Assembly (NCBI GenBank): GCA_020630175.1
Contig: JAHDBW010000001.1
Location: 52,465 to 116,464 of the forward strand
Length of the DNA stretch: 64,000 nucleotides
Reading direction: 5' to 3'
Origin: Anaerolineales bacterium
GTDB taxonomy: Bacteria > Chloroflexota > Anaerolineae > Anaerolineales > UBA6668
Under the pieces are notes generated by a model, which was given only the letters and a program-made list of their open reading frames with translations, ran no database searches and was not told where the DNA came from. The first letter of the stretch is position 1; every line of letters starts with the position of its first letter. This document shows positions 10,472-19,817 of the stretch, one piece after another. A program made the translations under genes and the position numbers.

Positions 10472-11755
10472 ATGATCAACACTATAAAGAAAATTTTTCT
10501 CGCGCTATGTTTTGCTGCGCTTTTGGCGGCTTGTGCTGTTGAAGACTTTGACGACGAGGCTATTGAGCAAGAGGCAGCGGTTGAGACAACGGACTCCAGC
10601 ATTGATGAAGCTCAGTCAGCAGATACTACTGCTGCTAATGCTGTATCTACAACCAAAGACATTGTTGTAAACACAGTGGGGGCAACCTTTGACGCAGATC
10701 AATTGGCAAGCTTTATGGCTGTTGTTGAAGATTCGCGTTTTGATAACGAAATTCCTGGCGTGGCAGTTGCAATTGTCGAGGGCGCGCAAATCGTTCTGGC
10801 TGAAGGGGTTGGCGTGCGCGATATCCGTACCGCCGCGCCTGTGACGCCGCAAACGTTGTTTCACATTGGCTCAACGCACAAGTCCATTACAGCCATGCTA
10901 ATTGCCACGCTTGTAGATGAAGGCGCATTAGGCTGGGACACACCAATTGTAGACATTTATCCCGAGTTTGAACTGTCAGACTCAGCGTCAACAGAAACGG
11001 TGACCGTGCGCCATTTGCTTAGCATGAGCAGTGGAATTGCCGATTATGCAGAAGATGACTTTGATCAAGAAAATGAAAGCGCCGAAGATATTTTTGACCT
11101 CATCGCCGAAACCGACTTGCTTGCTCCGCCTGGTGAGCAGTTTAGCTATAGCAATATTTCGGCATCAGTGGCCGGTTACGTTGGTGTGCTGGCATCTGGC
11201 GGGCAAATGGGGCAACTCTATGTGGGGTACGACCGTTTATTGCAGGAACGCCTATTTGGGCCGATTGGGATGACCTCGGCAACGCTATCTGTTGAAGACG
11301 TCTGGGCTAGCCCTAATTATGCGGTCTCGCATGTGCTTGAAGGTGGCGAAATTGTTGCAGCAGAGTCTTATGACTTTACGGGTGATCCATTGGCACCGTC
11401 CGGCGCAATCAAGGCTAGCGTGTTAGATATGGCACTGTATATGAACACGCAAGTTAGCCAAGGCCTAGCACCAAACGGTAAACGCGTGGTCTCGGCTGAA
11501 AATCTCACTGAAACGTGGCAACCGCAAATTGAAGATGAGGAAAGCGGCGGTTATTACGGCTTAGGATGGGGCCTGAGCACTGATGCTGGTCTTGAATTAG
11601 TTTGGCATGAAGGCAGCTATGATAACTTCACCTCGGTGCTAATGTTCTCGCCGGATGCTGAAATCGGCTTAGTTGTCTTGACCAACTCGGATGAGACCGG
11701 CGATTTTCTAGAAGTTGTCGGTGACGAATTTATTGAGATGTTACTGGATCAGTAA
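10472..11755 (+). CDS. Serine hydrolase, class C beta-lactamase / DD-peptidase fold; lipoprotein
   Basis: 427 aa with a lipoprotein signal (LLAAC) and the SxxK (GSTHK) and YxN (YSN) motifs. Confidence 0.8.
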   Translation: MINTIKKIFLALCFAALLAACAVEDFDDEAIEQEAAVETTDSSIDEAQSADTTAANAVSTTKDIVVNTVGATFDADQLASFMAVVEDSRFDNEIPGVAVAIVEGAQIVLAEGVGVRDIRTAAPVTPQTLFHIGSTHKSITAMLIATLVDEGALGWDTPIVDIYPEFELSDSASTETVTVRHLLSMSSGIADYAEDDFDQENESAEDIFDLIAETDLLAPPGEQFSYSNISASVAGYVGVLASGGQMGQLYVGYDRLLQERLFGPIGMTSATLSVEDVWASPNYAVSHVLEGGEIVAAESYDFTGDPLAPSGAIKASVLDMALYMNTQVSQGLAPNGKRVVSAENLTETWQPQIEDEESGGYYGLGWGLSTDAGLELVWHEGSYDNFTSVLMFSPDAEIGLVVLTNSDETGDFLEVVGDEFIEMLLDQ

Positions 11756-11810
11756 ATCACGCGTTATAGGTCAACGTTACATAATTTGAAATTTACAGAT
11801 GTAAACAAAG

Positions 11811-11841
11811 AGGGCTCGCAACTGGCGGGTCCTTTTTGTTT
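11811..11841 (+). terminator. Rho-independent terminator after the hydrolase gene
   Basis: AGGGCTCGC (11811-11819) pairs with GCGGGTCCT (11825-11833) over 9 bp including two G-U pairs. It is followed by TTTTGTTT. Confidence 0.6.
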
Positions 11842-11860
11842 GGTAGGATTGATTGCTGCA

Positions 11861-12451
11861 ATGACAAATTACGACAAACAATATCAAGACGAAATAAATC
11901 TATTTGGTGCGCCGTATGCTGAATTCGAAGCGTTTGTCCGTGAACATGCGCCCCAAAGTGGAACTGCGCTAGATTTAGGCTGTGGGCAAGGGCGTGATGC
12001 CTTAATGTTGGCAAAACACGGTTATACCGTTACTGGCGTTGATGGATCGCGGGTCGGTATTGACCAAATGTTGGCGGCGGCGCAGTCCCAAAACTTAGCT
12101 GTTACGGGCATTGTCGCTGATTTTTACACGTATCCGCTTGCAGACACTTATGACGCCATCGTGCTGGATTCTATTTTGCATTTTGGCAAGGCCGACAAAT
12201 CAAAAGAGCTAGCGTTGCTAAATGCTGTCGCGCAACAGTTGAATCCCAACGGTTATCTATTTTTATTTGTACATAAGTCGGCACAAAAGGAGCGGGTTCT
12301 GAAGACTTGGCGAACTAGCCTAAGTGACACGCTCAGCATTGTGCATGAAGCGTATGTCGATTATGTCTACAAGGAAAGCGTGTCTGGATTTCAGTCCAAG
12401 TTTCAATACTACATGTTGGTATTGCAGCAGACATCACAAGAACGCGCATAA
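11861..12451 (+). CDS. Class I SAM-dependent methyltransferase (TehB-like)
   Basis: The ORF opens at 11786. ATG 11861 is preferred because the terminator hairpin lies inside the longer version. SAM motif I is LDLGCGQGRD. Confidence 0.8.
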   Translation: MTNYDKQYQDEINLFGAPYAEFEAFVREHAPQSGTALDLGCGQGRDALMLAKHGYTVTGVDGSRVGIDQMLAAAQSQNLAVTGIVADFYTYPLADTYDAIVLDSILHFGKADKSKELALLNAVAQQLNPNGYLFLFVHKSAQKERVLKTWRTSLSDTLSIVHEAYVDYVYKESVSGFQSKFQYYMLVLQQTSQERA

Positions 12452-12473
12452 TACGCGCGTATTTCAATGACTC

Positions 12474-13124
12474 ATGACGAAAGCAAGTATGAAAAAACAC
12501 GAATGGCGTAAACACGAAAAAAGTATCTACCTGCCAAAAGCGAAGCCGGAAGTTATTGATGTGCCTGCCTATCAATACATCACCATCAGCGGGCAGGGCA
12601 ATCCCAATGGCGAAGACTTCCCAAACTACATTGCGGCGCTTTACCCTGTGGCATATGCCATCAAAATGACGTTAAAGAAGTTAGATCCTGCGCCAGCTGG
12701 CTATGTTGACTACACCGTCTATCCATTGGAAGGGATTTGGGATATCACAGATGAAGCAAAAAAGACCTACGATGGCACGCTAAACAAAGATGACTTAGTC
12801 TTTCATCTTATGCTGCGTCAGCCAGATTTTGTAACAGCAGCGTTCTTCGAAGAGATGTTAGCGTTGGCAAAAAAGAAGAAACCGCAGCCGCTGCTTGACC
12901 AAGTCAAGTTTGAAACCATCACCGACGGACCATGCATCCAAATGCTACACGTGGGCCCGTATGATGACGAGCCAGCCACGTTCAAACGAATGGAAGACTT
13001 TGCCGCGAGCCAAGGTCTTATCCGGACGTCCAAGCGCCATCGTGAAATTTACTTGTCTGATTTCAGAAAAGTTGCGCCAGAAAAATTGAAGACAGTGTTG
13101 CGCTTTAAGACCGTTTCAGCCTAA
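12474..13124 (+). CDS. GyrI-like small-molecule-binding domain protein
   Basis: 216 aa. The pattern PEVIDVPAYQYITISGQGNP ... IQMLHVGPYDDEP resembles the GyrI-like/SOUL effector-binding family. Confidence 0.6.
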   Translation: MTKASMKKHEWRKHEKSIYLPKAKPEVIDVPAYQYITISGQGNPNGEDFPNYIAALYPVAYAIKMTLKKLDPAPAGYVDYTVYPLEGIWDITDEAKKTYDGTLNKDDLVFHLMLRQPDFVTAAFFEEMLALAKKKKPQPLLDQVKFETITDGPCIQMLHVGPYDDEPATFKRMEDFAASQGLIRTSKRHREIYLSDFRKVAPEKLKTVLRFKTVSA

Positions 13125-13311
13125 TTCATAATCAATCGAAAAAAGCTCGGCAGGAATGATACAACGCGGAATGAAAACAATAATAAGCGTTTTGTTTATC
13201 AATTTGGTGTCCAATTAATAGCACTAAAACCACCTGAAACGTGCCTAGTTTATTGGAAAATCTACGCGCGGCATTGGCAGTATACAAGTTCAATAAACAA
13301 TCGAGGTCATT

Positions 13312-14415
13312 ATGAAGATTACAGCAATCCATCTTTATCGAGTACCACTCACCAGCCATGAAGCATATTACATGGCTGATGGAAAATCGTGCGATACCGT
13401 AGATAGTATTGTTCTGGAACTTCGCACCGACGCGGGCCTCAGCGGATGGGGCGAAGTGTGCCCAATTCCACATTACTTACCCGCTTATGCTAACGGGGTC
13501 ATTCCTGCAATTCAAGAGCTGGCCCCCATTCTGATTGGTGCCGATGCAGTTGGGCCAGAAGCGCTGCTCGCAAAATGTGAAGCGCACCTTATTGGTCATC
13601 CATACGCAAAATCTGCCTTAGATCTTGCCCTTTGGGATTTGCTAGGCAAAGCAGCTGATTTACCGTTATATCAACTGTTAGGCGGGCGCAGAATGGACGC
13701 CGCACCGCTCTATCATTCGATTACTTGCATTGAACCAGATGCTATGGCAGCGATTGCAACCAAGGCTTATGCGCAAGGCATTCGCCAGTTTCAGGCTAAA
13801 TTAGGCGCTTTTGGCGGTTGGGAAGCGGACGTACAGCGTTTAACAGCAGTGCGTGAAGCTGTTGGGCAGGGGCCGTTGCTTTATGGCGATTGGAACTGTG
13901 GTGCAACAACGTTAGACGCAATTCGCGTAGGGCTAGCCGTGCGGCATTTAGATGTGATGCTAGAGCAACCATGCTCTACATTAGAGGCTTGTGCCCATGT
14001 GCAGCAGACCACCAGCATGGCCATGAAAATTGATGAAAGTGGGCATGATATTGCTTCGCTGCTCAAGGCGCATGCGTTGGGGTGTATGGATGTTGTGGCG
14101 TTGAAGCTTTCAAAGTTTGGTGGTCTCACAGCACTGCGCCAAGCGCGCGATTTATGCACCCAGCTCGGTGTAATGATGGTGATTGAAGACACGTGGGGAT
14201 CAGATATTACAACTGCAGCCCTCTCTCATTTGGCCGTTTCAACCGCGCCAAAATATGTAATGAATGCGTGCGACCTCTCTGGTTATGTTTCACCACATAT
14301 TGCACTAGATGGGCCGCTGCGCGAAAACGCCACGCTAAAGCCGTCCGATCGGCCCGGTTTGGGGATCACAATCAATCGTGATGTAGTGGGTAGTCCAGAA
14401 TGTATCGTGGACTAG
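13312..14415 (+). CDS. Mandelate racemase / muconate lactonizing enzyme family protein (enolase superfamily)
   Basis: 367 aa. The N-terminal capping domain starts MKITAIHLYRVPL. The barrel carries acidic ligands in the DWNCG, LEQPC and IDESGHD contexts. Substrate is unknown. Confidence 0.8.
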   Translation: MKITAIHLYRVPLTSHEAYYMADGKSCDTVDSIVLELRTDAGLSGWGEVCPIPHYLPAYANGVIPAIQELAPILIGADAVGPEALLAKCEAHLIGHPYAKSALDLALWDLLGKAADLPLYQLLGGRRMDAAPLYHSITCIEPDAMAAIATKAYAQGIRQFQAKLGAFGGWEADVQRLTAVREAVGQGPLLYGDWNCGATTLDAIRVGLAVRHLDVMLEQPCSTLEACAHVQQTTSMAMKIDESGHDIASLLKAHALGCMDVVALKLSKFGGLTALRQARDLCTQLGVMMVIEDTWGSDITTAALSHLAVSTAPKYVMNACDLSGYVSPHIALDGPLRENATLKPSDRPGLGITINRDVVGSPECIVD

Positions 14416-14430
14416 CCGTCATAAACGGCA

Positions 14431-15327
14431 TTGCATCGAATGGGTATTTCCCAATTACACGCAAATGAAATCGTCGCAACACCAGACCTTGTGCGGCGGT
14501 TGCTTGCGGAACAGTTTCCTAAATGGGCTGCATTACCGTTACGCGCCGTTGCTTCAGTCGGCACAGATAATGTTCTCTATCGATTAGGCGACGCGTTCAC
14601 CGTGCGATTGCCGCGTATTCAGTGGGCAACTAGACAAATCAATAAAGAATTTCTTTGGTTGCCCAAACTCGCGCCGGTATTGCCGTTGGGTGTTCCTATC
14701 CCAATGGCGCGGGGCAAACCCACAACTGAGTACCCATGGGAGTGGGGCGTTTATGCTTGGGTAGAGGGGCAAGATGCGACTGTTGCGCCGGTACACGCAT
14801 TAGCGCAAGCGGCCCAGGACTTGGCCGCTTTTATCTTGACGCTGCAACAGCAGCCTGTCGGGTTGGACGCACCCGCTGGGCGCGGACTAGATCTATTCGT
14901 GCGCGATCAACTGGTGCGCGAGGCGCTGCAATCTCTTGACGCAACGCTAGACACATCGCGCGCGTTAGCACTGTGGGAAATGGCCTTGCATAGCCCGCCG
15001 TGGGCAGCACAACCTGTTTGGGGCCATGGCGATTTGATTGCACCTAATTTACTCATAAAGGATGGTGTATTGACCAACGTTTTAGACTTCGGGTCATTAG
15101 GCGTGGGCGATCCTGCCTGTGATTTGGTGGCTGCGTGGAGTTTTCTAGATGCAGAAACGCGCCCGATTTTTCGAGCTGCGTTAGCAGTTGATGAGGCAAC
15201 GTGGTTGCGCGGGATGGGCTGGGCGCTTTCGCAAGCGCTGCTGATTGTACCGTACTATCGCCACACGAATCCTGGCCTAGTTGCGGTTGCCAATCGCATG
15301 ATTGCAGAGGTTCTGGCCGAATTTTAG
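14431..15327 (+). CDS. Aminoglycoside/choline-kinase-fold phosphotransferase (APH family)
   Basis: 298 aa with the Brenner motif GHGDLIAPNLL and a DFG motif (VLDFGSLGVGDPACD). The start is TTG 14431 or ATG 14440. Confidence 0.8.
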   Translation: MHRMGISQLHANEIVATPDLVRRLLAEQFPKWAALPLRAVASVGTDNVLYRLGDAFTVRLPRIQWATRQINKEFLWLPKLAPVLPLGVPIPMARGKPTTEYPWEWGVYAWVEGQDATVAPVHALAQAAQDLAAFILTLQQQPVGLDAPAGRGLDLFVRDQLVREALQSLDATLDTSRALALWEMALHSPPWAAQPVWGHGDLIAPNLLIKDGVLTNVLDFGSLGVGDPACDLVAAWSFLDAETRPIFRAALAVDEATWLRGMGWALSQALLIVPYYRHTNPGLVAVANRMIAEVLAEF

Positions 15328-15345
15328 CAGGGCGATTATGTAAGG

Positions 15346-15924
15346 TTAGGCGTCGCTGTTATTTGCCGCTGGTGTTTCTTGCGTGTCATCTGCCAAAATG
15401 CTCGGCACTGCTGTGGATGACAATATAGAAGCTTCGGTGCTGTCTGTTGGCGCTTCACTATGACCACGACCGGGGGCTGGCGTGCTACAGCGTGGGCAAA
15501 CATGCCACGTGAGATCCAGCGGATATTGACACTGCACACACTCTTTTTTGAGGATGGTCATACAATGCGGACAAAGGTGCCAGTCATCTTTGGTGGGGCG
15601 GCTACAGCCGGGGCAACTGTTGCGCACTTCAATCTGTTGCAGTAACGCTTCTTCTTCTAATGCGCGTTCGTAGGCCTCGCTGAGCGTTTCCCGTGGGCGC
15701 AAGATCAAATAAATCAGCAGCGCTGGAATATTCAAAATCGCCACAAGCAATGCAGCCAAGATGGCGGCGAGTACATCGCGCGAGCGCGTCCGCATGTCTT
15801 TGAATGTCCAAATGACAAGCGCTAGCCACAGTGCAGCTAAAAACGCCCCCAGACACGAAAGTGCATACAACGCGTATTGCGTAACAGCTTCAAGATTTAC
15901 AAAATCACCCAGTTCAATTGGCAT
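15346..15924 (-). CDS. Membrane protein with a PLDc_N-like N-terminus and a double zinc ribbon
   Basis: 192 aa. Two TM helices are followed by CPGCS..CPHC and CVQC..CPRC ribbons. Confidence 0.65.
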   Translation of the reverse strand: MPIELGDFVNLEAVTQYALYALSCLGAFLAALWLALVIWTFKDMRTRSRDVLAAILAALLVAILNIPALLIYLILRPRETLSEAYERALEEEALLQQIEVRNSCPGCSRPTKDDWHLCPHCMTILKKECVQCQYPLDLTWHVCPRCSTPAPGRGHSEAPTDSTEASILSSTAVPSILADDTQETPAANNSDA

Positions 15925-16010
15925 AAAACAAATTATACAGCTTCTCAGATTCGAACAAAGCTATAACCTTACATTGCCCGAATTTAGGAGGGCAGTGCGT
16001 TAAAGGCTGC

Positions 16011-16712
16011 ATGACAAACGCATCACATCGAATCTCAGATATGGAAGCCGAAGACCGTCCCCGTGAACGGTTGCTCTCAGTTGGCGCAAAGAGCCTTTCC
16101 AACGCCGAATTACTTGCCATCCTCTTGCGCGTTGGGCTCAAAGGAGAAAGTGCGCTTCAAATGGCGCAGCGTATTTTGACGCAAGTAGGCGGACTGGCAG
16201 GCCTAAGTCGATCCGATGCGGATGTCCTATGTGAGAACAAAGGCGTGGGGGCGGCAAAAGCTGCCCAATTGCTGGCCGCAATTGAGCTTGGCTACCGCGT
16301 GGCGCGTGCTGATCTGGGCACACGCCCGCAAATCTCATCTCCGCATGATGCAGCGTTATACCTGCGGTCTTATATGACCGGCTTAGAGCAAGAGTGCGTC
16401 TGGGTGCTATTGTTGGACACTAAGAACAGAATCATTGAAACGGTTGAGGTGTATCAGGGGGCACTCAACAGCGCCTCGATCCGGTCTTGCGAGCTCTGGC
16501 GGACGGCAACCCGGCGCAATGCGGCGGCGATTATTGTGGCGCACAACCATCCCAGCGGTGACCCAACGCCTTCGCCAGAAGATGTTTCAGTGACGCGGCG
16601 TCTAGTGGAATCTGGCAAAATTTTAGATATCCCCGTCTTAGATCATCTTGTTATCGGGCACAATCGGCACGTCTCACTCAAGGAGCGCGGCCTTGGATTT
16701 GGCGCGGCTTAG
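16011..16712 (+). CDS. radC: RadC-family JAB/MPN domain protein
   Basis: 233 aa with a helix-hairpin-helix-like N-terminus and the JAMM motif HNHPSGDPTPSPED. Confidence 0.85.
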   Translation: MTNASHRISDMEAEDRPRERLLSVGAKSLSNAELLAILLRVGLKGESALQMAQRILTQVGGLAGLSRSDADVLCENKGVGAAKAAQLLAAIELGYRVARADLGTRPQISSPHDAALYLRSYMTGLEQECVWVLLLDTKNRIIETVEVYQGALNSASIRSCELWRTATRRNAAAIIVAHNHPSGDPTPSPEDVSVTRRLVESGKILDIPVLDHLVIGHNRHVSLKERGLGFGAA

Positions 16713-16769
16713 CTTACAAAGCGCCGAATAGTTGCCACCACAGAGATAATCGTCTATATTCAATTTAAT

Positions 16770-18425
16770 ATGGCCGAAAATCATATCCTCCTACTTCCAA
16801 AAACAAATTACTTCCGCTGGATTCAAGCGGCGCGTGATTATGCATTCCGCTTCCGCGTGCGCATTACGCACGATCCGGAGACAGCGGGCAAGTTCCAATA
16901 TCCCGGGCAGACTATTACGGTCGTCAATATTGCCGGTGGATTTGGGCGTGACGTGCAACCGTGGTTTCTGGAACACTATCCAGACGCGAAGCTAGATGTT
17001 GTCGATGCGACTAGTCCAGAGGAATTGCGCGAGAAGCTTGCGGCGCGGATTCGTAACAATGATCCGTTTGGTAAGCAAGAGCTGCCGTTCCGATTGCGCT
17101 GGCCAACCGATTACGCCTTGGTTACGCAGCAATTTGGCGTCAATGCCGACTACTATCGGCGTTGGGGGTTGCCCGGCCATGAAGGGCTAGATATTCGCGC
17201 ACCAGAAGGGGCAAATGTCTATGCGGCTGCTGATGGAACGGTTTATGCCGTGCATGATGGCAGTAATGATCATCCTTATGGTATTCATGTCCGAATTCGG
17301 CATGTAGATGGCTACAAGACCGTTTACGCGCACTTAAAAAGCGCGAATGTAAACAAAGATCAACAAGTTACGCGTGGCCAGATCATTGCCGCCGCCGATT
17401 CTACGGGCAATTCCACCGCGTCACACTTGCACTTCTCGCTCAAAAAAGAAGGCGCCTCTGCGGCTGGGATGACGTTGTATCCGTATGATGTCATTGATCC
17501 AACGCCATATTTAGATCCGCCAGATCCGGGTACTGTCATTACAGATCCAGATGATGGTGGTGACCCTGTTCCCGTGCCTATTACGTATGATTGGCCATAT
17601 GGGCGCTGTTTAGTAGGTGTACATGGCCGGGCTGATGGGCCGCTTGGCGAGCGTGATTACCAACCGTTGAAGACAGCGCGGATTGAAGCCTTGAAGCTGC
17701 TATCGAATGCGCCAGCTAAAGATATCGACCGCGTTCGTTCAGACAATCCGCAGATTTTTCTTATGACGCGGCTCTTTACGAATTTTGGCGATGCGGTGAT
17801 CTCGGCTTCTGATTTTATTAACCGCGTAGAGCAAGGTGCCCGCGCCCACTATGCGCGTGGCATTCGGCATTTTGAGATCCACAATGAGCCAAACTTGCGG
17901 ATTGAAGGTTGGCAAAATATCTGGCAAAACGGACGCGATTTTGGCATGTGGCTATTGCAAGTGCGTGACCATTTACGTGCTAGCATGCCAGAGGCAAAAT
18001 TCGGGTTTCCCGGTATGTCTCCAGGCAACGTCTTAATTGGGCATCGTACGCCGATGTGGCCGTTTCTAAGCGAGGCTGACTTTGCAATCAACGAATGCGA
18101 TTGGATTGGCGTGCATGCGTATTGGCTGAGTGAGAACTCGCTAAAAAGCCAAAGCGGTGGCCAAATCTATAAGGAATATCGCAGGCGTTATCCGCATAAA
18201 TTGCTGATGATTACAGAATTCTCCAATCCATCGGACCGGGTTTCACCAACCACCAAAGGTCATCAATACGTGGAGTATTACCGCACCTTGCAGCACGAGC
18301 CAGGGCTAGGGGCTGCGTTTAGCTTTGTATTGTCCTCGTCTGCTTTCTTCAATCACGAAGTGTGGCGCGGTGAAGACGGTGGGATGAACGACATCCCGCA
18401 TATTGTTGGTGCCCGCAATTTCTAG
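16770..18425 (+). CDS. M23 metallopeptidase fused to a clan GH-A-like glycosidase domain; no signal peptide
   Basis: 551 aa. The M23 motifs are HEGLD and STGNSTASHLHF. The C-terminal ~270 aa carry the acid/base and nucleophile strands FEIHNEPN and MITEFSN, typical of TIM-barrel clan A glycosidases. Confidence 0.8.
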   Translation: MAENHILLLPKTNYFRWIQAARDYAFRFRVRITHDPETAGKFQYPGQTITVVNIAGGFGRDVQPWFLEHYPDAKLDVVDATSPEELREKLAARIRNNDPFGKQELPFRLRWPTDYALVTQQFGVNADYYRRWGLPGHEGLDIRAPEGANVYAAADGTVYAVHDGSNDHPYGIHVRIRHVDGYKTVYAHLKSANVNKDQQVTRGQIIAAADSTGNSTASHLHFSLKKEGASAAGMTLYPYDVIDPTPYLDPPDPGTVITDPDDGGDPVPVPITYDWPYGRCLVGVHGRADGPLGERDYQPLKTARIEALKLLSNAPAKDIDRVRSDNPQIFLMTRLFTNFGDAVISASDFINRVEQGARAHYARGIRHFEIHNEPNLRIEGWQNIWQNGRDFGMWLLQVRDHLRASMPEAKFGFPGMSPGNVLIGHRTPMWPFLSEADFAINECDWIGVHAYWLSENSLKSQSGGQIYKEYRRRYPHKLLMITEFSNPSDRVSPTTKGHQYVEYYRTLQHEPGLGAAFSFVLSSSAFFNHEVWRGEDGGMNDIPHIVGARNF

Positions 18426-18490
18426 CTGTTAGCTGTATTGTCGCTAGTGGCGAAAATGTAACGGGTCATCGCTAGACCGCTATTGTTATG

Positions 18491-18535
18491 AAAAACAAAA
18501 AGGCCGCTGAACACATCTGTTCAGCGGCCTTTTGC
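18491..18535. terminator. Bidirectional rho-independent terminator between convergent genes
   Basis: GGCCGCTGAACA (18502-18513) pairs with TGTTCAGCGGCC (18518-18529) around a 4-nt loop. It has an A-run on the left and a T-run on the right. Confidence 0.85.
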
Positions 18536-18557
18536 TTTGCAGGCTGAAGTTCTTTTT

Positions 18558-19814
18558 TTATTCTTCGACAACCAATTCGATTGCGGTGGCATAACTTTCA
18601 AAGCTGTGGCCTTCGGCATAGATTGAGATCGACTCGATGCTGGCCGGAGGCGTGCCATTGAGCGTGAGCTGTTCCACGAGATTTTGCGAGTCGTAAAAAT
18701 GCCAGACACCATTGTTGATGGCGTCATGCTGCCCGCTAGGGGGCGGACAAGTCACACAGTGAGTGGGATAGGTGTTACTCGAATCTTGTAGGTAATAAAA
18801 TCCATGCACCCAGCTTTGTTGGTTGCCAAGTCCATCTACATACTCAATACGCACCATGAGCGGGCACTCAGACCCACGAATGCCGCAATTGCGCAGATCT
18901 TGGAACGCCAACCAAACGGCTAAGGTCAACTTTAGGCTGGAATAATCTCGAATATCACGATTCAATTCTTGCGTAATGCCGGTTTGCGCCCAGCCCGCAC
19001 CGCGGCGGTTAAACTGAATAGCGGGTAAGCCGTCCTGTTTTGACACAACAATAGCGCCATCAGACTGATCAACATCATCGCGGTTTTTATAAACAGACCA
19101 GCCTTCAACGATACTCTCGCTGAAATCGCCATTGCGGAGCAGGTTGCGTTCACTGCGCAAAATCCCTTCAGGCTTAGAGCCTTGTTGCACAACGGTGCGT
19201 TCACTTGTGTCTAGCTCTAAGGACGTGCCACTCGCGTAGACTAGGGCCTCGCCGTTGGCGACAAGCACATCAGTAATGCCATTACGGACTTCAATCGAGT
19301 AGCTACCAGATTCACGCAGCGTGATATTTGCATCGGGTGTTTCAATATCGATAATTGTTGTCGGGTCCGATTCCGCTATGGTAATCCGCATCCGGCCGCG
19401 AGTGACAACAATGTCGATATAGTTTGTGCTTTGGCTTAGGGCAAACCGTGGCGTGCGCGAACGGCGAATTTGGGCATCAGTATCACTGTAAAGCTGAAAA
19501 GTACTTAGTAACTCATCTTGGCGCGGCTCTCTGATGGAAAGGGCGGCCTGCGAATTTTCTTCAACTTGGATGTCGATGCCTTCTTCGAACTGTTCTTCAT
19601 CATTGCCAATTGCAACCGGCAACACGCTATCCGCTTGCTTAACCAGAACGCGGCCAGAAGTCAGCGCAATCGTAGATTTATTGTTACGAGTGCTTTGCTG
19701 AATAAACCGCCATCCTAAAAATGGAGTTGCCGCGCAAATCGCGAGCGTAATCACGGCAGAAGCAACGATTACCGTCCAAGCGCGCCGGTGTGGGTCAGTC
19801 CAAAGATCAAGCAT
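18558..19814 (-). CDS. Membrane-anchored protein with a FecR-like beta region and a CBM4/9-like C-terminal domain
   Basis: 418 aa with one N-terminal TM helix (WTVIVASAVITLAICAATPFLGW). The C-terminal module begins NLLRNGDFSESIVEGW, the typical opening of CBM4/9-type sandwiches. Confidence 0.55.
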   Translation of the reverse strand: MLDLWTDPHRRAWTVIVASAVITLAICAATPFLGWRFIQQSTRNNKSTIALTSGRVLVKQADSVLPVAIGNDEEQFEEGIDIQVEENSQAALSIREPRQDELLSTFQLYSDTDAQIRRSRTPRFALSQSTNYIDIVVTRGRMRITIAESDPTTIIDIETPDANITLRESGSYSIEVRNGITDVLVANGEALVYASGTSLELDTSERTVVQQGSKPEGILRSERNLLRNGDFSESIVEGWSVYKNRDDVDQSDGAIVVSKQDGLPAIQFNRRGAGWAQTGITQELNRDIRDYSSLKLTLAVWLAFQDLRNCGIRGSECPLMVRIEYVDGLGNQQSWVHGFYYLQDSSNTYPTHCVTCPPPSGQHDAINNGVWHFYDSQNLVEQLTLNGTPPASIESISIYAEGHSFESYATAIELVVEE

Positions 19815-19817
19815 GGG

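Noticed and set aside
13132-13473. 113-aa minus-strand ORF spanning the spacer and the 5' end of the enolase-superfamily gene.
   Set aside because: It overlaps a well-supported plus-strand gene start and is Cys/His/Asn-rich with no motif. It is likely spurious.
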